Part shown: in pieces, positions 58,146-64,000 of the stretch
Position numbering within the stretch: the first letter of the stretch is position 1
Layout of the letters: each line of letters opens with the position of its first letter
NCBI GenBank assembly: GCA_965205425.1
Contig: CBDBGZ010000009.1
Coordinates: 64,001 to 128,000, forward strand
Length of the DNA: 64,000 bases
Direction of reading: 5' to 3'
Source of the DNA: Nitrosopumilus sp.
GTDB taxonomy: Archaea; Thermoproteota; Nitrososphaeria; Nitrososphaerales; Nitrosopumilaceae
The notes under the pieces: model-generated
Seen by the model: the letters and a program-made list of their open reading frames with translations, nothing else
Told to the model about the DNA's origin: nothing
Databases searched by the model: none
Translations under genes and position numbers: made by a program

Positions 58146-59171
58146 TTAAAATCTCTTTTTGTATTTCATTACAATCAATATTGAAACAACAGTTACAATA
58201 CTGACAAGCAATAATAATGAAAAAATGAAATCAATGGAATTTATCCTAAAATTACAGTCATCTATGGCATAATTCCAAATATACAAAACTTCACAATCTA
58301 ATCCATACACTGGTTGTGGATTAGATACTATACACACTCCATCTACAAGTTCATCCCCAACACGACAAATTTGTTCTTCAGGTTTTGGTTCAGGGTAATT
58401 TTTGGGATTAATTATCTGACCATATGTTGAAGAACCTTGAGTTTTATCTAGAAAGTCACAATCAAGATTATCAATATAGTGAGTCATATTCCACCATCTT
58501 AATTCAGGTTCTATACATGATTGATCTGATTCTTGACAATTACAATTATCTAAAACGTCTTGTAACATGTTATCAGATTCTTCATACACTTTGTTACATT
58601 TTCCAAAGTCATGTTTAGGATTAGGATTACAAATAGGATTATCACGATTCATTTCCTCCAATGTGATACAAACATCATCAGATAATCCATAACCTTCGTC
58701 ACAAGGATCTACATATTCTGGATTCTCTGAATAATAGTTACCATCTTCAGGTCCTGGCTCCCACATGTAATCTGCAGGAGGGGTTGTAGTTTTTGTAGTG
58801 CATTGACGGGTATCGCCATTCATAACGTATACTTTGTAGGTTTTTCCAATTGTGTATTCTACACTAATTGATGAACTCGCAATTGTATCATTTCCAAGAA
58901 ACATCAATCCATAATTTTCTAAAATATATTTTGGAGTATTAATTTCTCCTTTAATCACATCATGAATAAAAAAAGTAACTTTTTGTGGGCCATCATAATT
59001 ATCTAGACGTGTTACAGTGCCTACAAAAACTAATTCAGATTCATCTAATGTAGTATTCCAATTAATTTCATTTTCTGCAACACAAAGTGCATAAGCTTGA
59101 TCAAATCCTAGTAAAGGTAATGCAAATGTTGCTAAAGCAATTACAGTTATCATAAAAAATCTAGTTTTCAT
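58146..59171 (-). CDS. Secreted Cys-rich protein (TIMP/NTR-like N-terminus, C-terminal TM)
   Basis: AYA-LC signal cleavage; VFVGTV; C..G..L.DGVC-type repeats. Confidence 0.7.
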   Translation of the reverse strand: MKTRFFMITVIALATFALPLLGFDQAYALCVAENEINWNTTLDESELVFVGTVTRLDNYDGPQKVTFFIHDVIKGEINTPKYILENYGLMFLGNDTIASSSISVEYTIGKTYKVYVMNGDTRQCTTKTTTPPADYMWEPGPEDGNYYSENPEYVDPCDEGYGLSDDVCITLEEMNRDNPICNPNPKHDFGKCNKVYEESDNMLQDVLDNCNCQESDQSCIEPELRWWNMTHYIDNLDCDFLDKTQGSSTYGQIINPKNYPEPKPEEQICRVGDELVDGVCIVSNPQPVYGLDCEVLYIWNYAIDDCNFRINSIDFIFSLLLLVSIVTVVSILIVMKYKKRF

Positions 59172-59616
59172 TTTCTTTTTTCCTCTTTTTTATTTTCATA
59201 ACTACATATGCAAAAATGATGAATGATGATAACGCCAGACCAGACCACCCAAATAGATTTGTAAAATTGCCTAGAGTTTCACCTGTTTGTAAAGATTGGC
59301 GGGTAAATGTAGGATCATCTACTCTAAAAAAATTAGCATTTTCAATGCATAAACCATCTTTAAGCACAGACCCAGTCTCACAAATATCTAATTTCTCCAC
59401 TACACAAAATCCATTTTTTGCAAATGATGGTTCTGGACACGGAGGAGAGTCTCTTGTGGAACACTGTACATGGTCAGTTACAAAAATGCCAGTATAACAA
59501 GAAGGAATTGAGAAATAATCCTCAGAAAAAGAATCTTGGATTTGGGAAGATCCAAAAGTTACAAGTGCTAGAAAAAGTAATAATTTAATTTTCATAGATA
59601 ACCTGTACCTCGGCAT
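59161..59616 (-). CDS. Secreted/membrane Cys-rich hypothetical protein
   Basis: Signal peptide; C..G...DGLC repeat; TM with basic tail. Confidence 0.65.
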   Translation of the reverse strand: MPRYRLSMKIKLLLFLALVTFGSSQIQDSFSEDYFSIPSCYTGIFVTDHVQCSTRDSPPCPEPSFAKNGFCVVEKLDICETGSVLKDGLCIENANFFRVDDPTFTRQSLQTGETLGNFTNLFGWSGLALSSFIIFAYVVMKIKKRKKENEN

Positions 59617-59788
59617 CTAAGACATGGGGGGGATCATTACTTACAGACATTTCGAATCCCATTCCACTGCATTTATCACATTGTGTTTTCTTTAATTTTT
59701 TACGATAACTTCTAACTAGCATTACAGTAACAAGAACACTAAACAGTCCCCAAACAATAGTAAAAATAATTGTTGAAGAATCCATCAT
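59585..59788 (-). CDS. Small membrane protein
   Basis: TM followed by basic residues and CDKC. Confidence 0.45.
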   Translation of the reverse strand: MMDSSTIIFTIVWGLFSVLVTVMLVRSYRKKLKKTQCDKCSGMGFEMSVSNDPPHVLDAEVQVIYEN

Positions 59789-59944
59789 TTTTATCCAGAT
59801 AAGAGAGTCATAAAGTATTCTAAGCTAGAGTTCAATTCCAGAAAAGATTGAATCATTTTTGAGAGAAATGGTTGCAGGTATACAAATTATATGTCAATGT
59901 GTCACATATAGGAAAAATTATCCATAGTAAGGCATACACATGAA

Positions 59945-60190
59945 TTATTCTTCAGAATAGTCACAATTAGGGCATTTTTTATCTACAACTACAGAGCCAC
60001 ATTCCATACATATTCCATCTCCAACATCACGCTCCATAGATTGTCTTCTTTTTTCTACATACACTTTGATTCCAAAATACATGATAATTACAATCACTGC
60101 AGCAAGAGCAAGACCAGTAAAAGGAGTTAATCCAATCATGAAAAGAACCAATCCTACTATCAAAATGATATCTCGTCTTTCAAATTTCAA
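59945..60190 (-). CDS. Small two-TM protein with C-terminal Zn ribbon
   Basis: CMECG...CPNC. Confidence 0.75.
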   Translation of the reverse strand: MKFERRDIILIVGLVLFMIGLTPFTGLALAAVIVIIMYFGIKVYVEKRRQSMERDVGDGICMECGSVVVDKKCPNCDYSEE

Positions 60191-60223
60191 TAAAACCCAA
60201 GAGACAAAATATTCATAAAAACA

Positions 60224-60294
60224 TGCCGGAGCTCAGACTCAATTAGTTACTTCATATCAAAGTCATTACTCTAACTCTTCTTCATTGCTCGGCA
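60224..60294 (-). ncRNA. Candidate C/D-box sRNA
   Basis: Terminal stem TGCCGAGC / GCTCCGGCA; C box ATGAAGA, D' ATGA, C'-like TGATATGA, D box CTGA. Confidence 0.65.
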
Positions 60295-60330
60295 ATTAGA
60301 CTAGAAGATAATTTGATAATAAGATGGTGA

Positions 60331-60407
60331 TGGTGGGATCGGCGAAATTTGAATTCGCGACCTCTGCGTCCCAAACGCAGAATCATACCAAGCTAGACCA
60401 CGATCCC
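60331..60407 (-). tRNA. tRNA-Pro(UGG), CCA encoded, no intron
   Basis: Acceptor stem GGGATCG/CGATCCC; anticodon arm CTGCG-TTTGGGA-CGCAG; T arm GCGAA-TTCAAAT-TTCGC. Confidence 0.97.
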
Positions 60408-60479
60408 AGTAAAACCAGAGAATTACCCAATTTAAGCTTCACAGATAATCATTTTAAAGGTAAAATTAGGATCGAAATT

Positions 60480-61376
60480 GTGTTAGCTGAACAATATCTC
60501 AAAGCAGGTAAAATTGCAGCAGAGGTTAGAGAAATGGTGAGAGTAAAAGATTGGATTGGCAAATCAGTTTTTGAGATTTGTGAAGAAGTAGAAGGAGAGA
60601 TTAAAAAAAGAGGTGCCAAATGTGCATTTCCAGTGAATGCAAGTATTAACGAAATTGCAGCTCATTATACTGCTGAACCAAATGATCCAATTACAATCAA
60701 AGATACGGATTTAGTAAAAATTGATCTAGGAGCACAAATAGATGGATACATTGCAGATACTGCAGTAACTGTTTGTTATGATGCTCAGTATGACGTATTG
60801 GTTCAAGCTGCAGAAGAATCATTAGGAAATGCAATGTCAATGATAAAAGCAGGAGTCAAAGCAAGTGATATTGGACGAACTATTGAAACAACTATTAAAA
60901 AAATGGGATTCAAACCAATTGCAAATCTCAGCGGACATTCATTAGAACAATACACAATACATGCAGGAAGATCTATTCCAAATATTTGGTCAATTGGAGG
61001 ATTTTCACTTTCAGAAAATTCAGCATACGCATGTGAACCATTTGTAACAACAGAACAAGGAGGGGGTTTTGTGAGAAATGGAAAAATAAAAAATATTTTT
61101 GCACTAAACTCACGAAAGAAAACAAAAAATGATGAAGCAGATAGATTACTAAATTTTATTTGGGAAAATTGTAACATGTTGCCATTTGCATTAAGATGGA
61201 TTACAAAAGAATGGGAAGAAAAGAAAGCAAGGGAATTATTAGATTTCTTGATAAAGAAAAAAGCAGTACAAGCATATCCAGTTCTAATTGAAGTGAATGA
61301 ACAAAGAGTTGCTCAGGCAGAACACACCTTCATCCCAAACGAGAATGGAGTAACAGTAACAACTAGAGCCGAATGA
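60480..61376 (+). CDS. map: Type II methionine aminopeptidase
   Basis: AFP, AAHYT, KIDLG, DTA, NLSGH, EPF and QAEHT motifs; GTG start at 60480 avoids overlapping the tRNA. Confidence 0.95.
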   Translation: MLAEQYLKAGKIAAEVREMVRVKDWIGKSVFEICEEVEGEIKKRGAKCAFPVNASINEIAAHYTAEPNDPITIKDTDLVKIDLGAQIDGYIADTAVTVCYDAQYDVLVQAAEESLGNAMSMIKAGVKASDIGRTIETTIKKMGFKPIANLSGHSLEQYTIHAGRSIPNIWSIGGFSLSENSAYACEPFVTTEQGGGFVRNGKIKNIFALNSRKKTKNDEADRLLNFIWENCNMLPFALRWITKEWEEKKARELLDFLIKKKAVQAYPVLIEVNEQRVAQAEHTFIPNENGVTVTTRAE

Positions 61377-61395
61377 GATTCAAAAGTGAGAAGTT

Positions 61396-61509
61396 TTGAG
61401 TGAAGAAGTAAGACCTTGTCCCAAATGTGTCGGATTCATGTTCAAAGAGCAAGGAGAAGGTGCATCATGGTTTTGCCCCTCTTGTAATGTCAAGTATAGA
61501 ACAAAATAA
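61396..61509 (+). CDS. Zn-ribbon micro-protein (37 aa)
   Basis: MSEEVRPCPKCVGFMFKEQGEGASWFCPSCNVKYRTK*. Confidence 0.65.
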   Translation: MSEEVRPCPKCVGFMFKEQGEGASWFCPSCNVKYRTK

Positions 61510-61517
61510 TCTAAATT

Positions 61518-61700
61518 TTATTGTTCAGTTGTTTCGCCAAAGATTTTTTCAATTCGAATTAACCCATCACATGAATTACATTTTGAAAGTTCTGTAAATA
61601 ACACATCACCATCATTAAATTTTCTTTTTGTCATAGTACCACATTTAGTACATCGTTCCACAGTGTAAGCAGTAGTAATTTTGGTCTTGGAGAATATCAT
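61518..61700 (-). CDS. Small Zn-ribbon protein coupled to the DUF1512 gene
   Basis: CTKC...CNSC; ATGA overlap with the upstream gene. Confidence 0.75.
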   Translation of the reverse strand: MIFSKTKITTAYTVERCTKCGTMTKRKFNDGDVLFTELSKCNSCDGLIRIEKIFGETTEQ

Positions 61701-62827
61701 TGTGGAACTCCTGCAGTATTACCTACACCAATAACGATAACTGATTGACCAGGTTTAGTATTCTCACGAATCATATCACATACTTGAGAAGTAACATCTT
61801 CTGCAGTATCAGCAATTTCTTTAGTCATCAAAGTAATTGCTTCTTTAACAGATTGTTTTATCACAATTGAGAATATTGGAACATTGGTACTAGTGGCAAT
61901 TGCTTCAATTTGGAATCTTTCAGTACCTATTCCTCCAATAGCTGCACCAAATCCTTGTGCAATTGATGCAGAGTCTTCACCTTCCATTTTTAATGCAGCA
62001 TCAATCATAATTATTGCATCAAGTTTATTTTCAGAAACAATTTTTTCTAATCCGTCAGAAGGTCTTCCAACTGTAGAACCAGGGCCTTCAGCTTTTAAAA
62101 GAAACAATTTCCTATCTTCAAAATCAATTTTTGCAAGAGAAGTTTGGAATGTAATTGTTTCTTTTGGAGTATCAAGCATCATTTTTCCAACAACCATTGG
62201 GCCTATTCCATCACCCACAGGTTGACCAGTTTTAAACGCAAGAATTGCATCTTTCATAGCCTCTGCTTGTTCCATAACAAAAGGAAGAATCATCTGTAAG
62301 GGTAAAATCAAAGGATAGTTGTTTTGTTTTTTAGCAGTCAGGAACATGTGATTAATTATTTTGTATATCATTTGTAATGAAGATGCTATTTCAAGTAAAG
62401 TTTGAACTTTAGTTAATTCAATATCAGACATTTCAGGTGCAAGTAATTTTACATGTTCTCGAGTGTAATCTTCTCTTGATCTAACGATATGCTGAACTTT
62501 ATCAACAATTCCATTTGTATCCATATCAACGGGCATTATTGTAAAATATTCCAAAAATCTATCAATTTTCTTAACAGGATCATCTTTTGCTTTTAAATTA
62601 TTTTTTACAAAATTAATTAATTCAGTTCTAGACTCTACTCTAAAACTATCTAATTTTTTAATTCCTTTTTTTATTTCTCGGGATGTTACAAACAGTTGAA
62701 TTTGTTGCCCATAAAATACAAAAAGAATTATCGGAAGAATCCAAACAAGCATCATCAATGGATTGGAGTCATCGCTCATGGAGAACAGTTGATCAAGATC
62801 AAAATTTGTGAAATTCACTAGAATCAA
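61697..62827 (-). CDS. DUF1512-family protein
   Basis: PVGDGIGP, KAEGPG, DAALKMEGE and GVGNT motifs. Confidence 0.85.
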   Translation of the reverse strand: MILVNFTNFDLDQLFSMSDDSNPLMMLVWILPIILFVFYGQQIQLFVTSREIKKGIKKLDSFRVESRTELINFVKNNLKAKDDPVKKIDRFLEYFTIMPVDMDTNGIVDKVQHIVRSREDYTREHVKLLAPEMSDIELTKVQTLLEIASSLQMIYKIINHMFLTAKKQNNYPLILPLQMILPFVMEQAEAMKDAILAFKTGQPVGDGIGPMVVGKMMLDTPKETITFQTSLAKIDFEDRKLFLLKAEGPGSTVGRPSDGLEKIVSENKLDAIIMIDAALKMEGEDSASIAQGFGAAIGGIGTERFQIEAIATSTNVPIFSIVIKQSVKEAITLMTKEIADTAEDVTSQVCDMIRENTKPGQSVIVIGVGNTAGVPQ

Positions 62828-62961
62828 GAATCTTCAGAACCAAAATAAAGTATTCGTCTAGATTAAAGAGCGAAATACATCTCAACATGGAAAAAATGTG
62901 TATTTGAGAGTAAATAATGGCGAGTGCTTTTATTATAGTTCAAATACAAAAAAAGCCAAAT

Positions 62962-63522
62962 ATGCCACAAACAAAACCTATCGTAAGTGTAGAGAATGTT
63001 GTAGCTTCAGCAGATGTAATGCAGAAGATGGACTTGAATGAAATAACTAGAACATTTCCAGATGTTGAATACCATCCAGATCAATTTCCAGGACTAGTTT
63101 TCAGACTTAAAACTCCAAAGACTGCAACGTTGATTTTTACTTCAGGTAAAATGGTATGTACTGGTTCAAAATCTGAAGAAATGGCCAGAAAAGCAGTGAA
63201 AACAGTGGTACAAAAACTTCGAAAAGATGGAATTAAAGTTAAGAAAGATGCAGTTGTAACAATTCAAAATATTGTTGCATCCATCAATTTAGGTGGAAAA
63301 ATCCATTTGGAGCAGGCTGCAAGAACATTACCAAGAAGCATGTACGAACCTGAGCAATTTCCAGGACTTATTCACAGAATGTTAGATCCAAAGACAGTGA
63401 TTTTGTTATTCTCATCAGGAAAACTAGTCTGCACAGGTGCTAAACAAGAACCAGATGTATACCGTTCTGTAAACAACTTACATGCATTACTAGAAGAAAA
63501 AGAATTAATGATTTATGATTAA
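62962..63522 (+). CDS. tbp: TATA-box-binding protein
   Basis: Two repeats of NVVAS/NIVAS, Y.P.QFPGL and F.SGK.VCTG. Confidence 0.97.
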   Translation: MPQTKPIVSVENVVASADVMQKMDLNEITRTFPDVEYHPDQFPGLVFRLKTPKTATLIFTSGKMVCTGSKSEEMARKAVKTVVQKLRKDGIKVKKDAVVTIQNIVASINLGGKIHLEQAARTLPRSMYEPEQFPGLIHRMLDPKTVILLFSSGKLVCTGAKQEPDVYRSVNNLHALLEEKELMIYD

Positions 63523-63567
63523 TCTCATAAGTCAAAAACCTATTTTCATTAATTTCTAAAATACAAA

Positions 63568-63897
63568 TTATTTAATTGGACTTCCTAAAGGAACATCTTC
63601 TGTCACTGTCAACCAAAATGGTTTGTCATCAACATCAGCTGCTAACAACATTGCATTTGATTCAACTCCTGCCATTTTTTTAGGTTCAAGATTTGCAATA
63701 ACAATGACAGTTTTTCCCACAATCTCATCAGGTTGAAAATACTGAGCCCCACCAATTATTACATCACGTTGATCATCATTTCCTAAATCAATTTTGCCTT
63801 TGATAATTCTAGATTTTCCTTCAATGGGTTCAGTACCAATGATTTTTGCAACTCTAATGTCTAATTTTGCAAAATCATCATAGGTTATTGTAGACAT
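63568..63897 (-). CDS. tRNA-binding OB-fold protein (Trbp111/CsaA-like)
   Basis: DFAKLDIRV and NLEPKKMAGVESNAMLL motifs. Confidence 0.9.
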   Translation of the reverse strand: MSTITYDDFAKLDIRVAKIIGTEPIEGKSRIIKGKIDLGNDDQRDVIIGGAQYFQPDEIVGKTVIVIANLEPKKMAGVESNAMLLAADVDDKPFWLTVTEDVPLGSPIK

Positions 63898-63937
63898 AAT
63901 TGACCTTAATTATTCCCGTTAAAATGAATTTCGAATG

Positions 63938-64000
63938 TCATTGTAATTCTTTTTTATCAATACCACTAATTTCAATTTCATATCTAAGTGCTGCAGGAAG
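63938..64000 (-). CDS. 3' end of a gene running off the window
   Basis: ...LPAALRYEIEISGIDKKELQ*. Confidence 0.4.
   Translation of the reverse strand, partial: LPAALRYEIEISGIDKKELQ

Noticed and set aside
58146..60331. tRNA-Pro-anchored integrated element
   Set aside because: No duplicate of the tRNA 3' end and no integrase seen in the window
60324..60479. 52-aa N-terminal extension of MetAP
   Set aside because: Overlaps tRNA-Pro on the opposite strand; homology begins near GTG 60480

Overview
AT-rich archaeal chromosomal window, most consistent with a Nitrosopumilus-like ammonia-oxidising thaumarchaeon (TFB, TBP, SMC, Alba, deoxyhypusine synthase, cofC/cofD, thaumarchaeosortase-like protein, GGR, RNase P RNA, tRNA-Pro). 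From about 17.3 kb onward it is mostly core genome, interrupted by one IS110 and one dead IS481-like element. The first 17 kb is a dense cluster of nested insertion sequences: IS5 x2 plus a remnant, three IS630 types, IS481-like elements, an IS110 remnant and two MITEs. Main observations: (1) a 10.3-kb segment (6950-17242) bounded by outward-facing IS481-type ends and an exact 15-bp direct repeat, which looks like a composite transposon. (2) Its cargo is a tightly packed SNF2 helicase, Cys-rich coiled-coil protein, Mrr-like nuclease and truncated TIR-like gene, a candidate anti-MGE defence operon. (3) The same 15-bp duplication plus TC signature flanks a second IS481-like element. (4) That element contains a 37-bp/33-bp/37-bp repeat-insert-repeat resembling an ectopic CRISPR spacer integration. 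(5) An IS110 has a long structured 3' non-coding end (bridge-RNA candidate). (6) A C/D-box sRNA candidate lies directly behind tRNA-Pro. All calls come from reading the sequence and recalled motifs; no searches were run.
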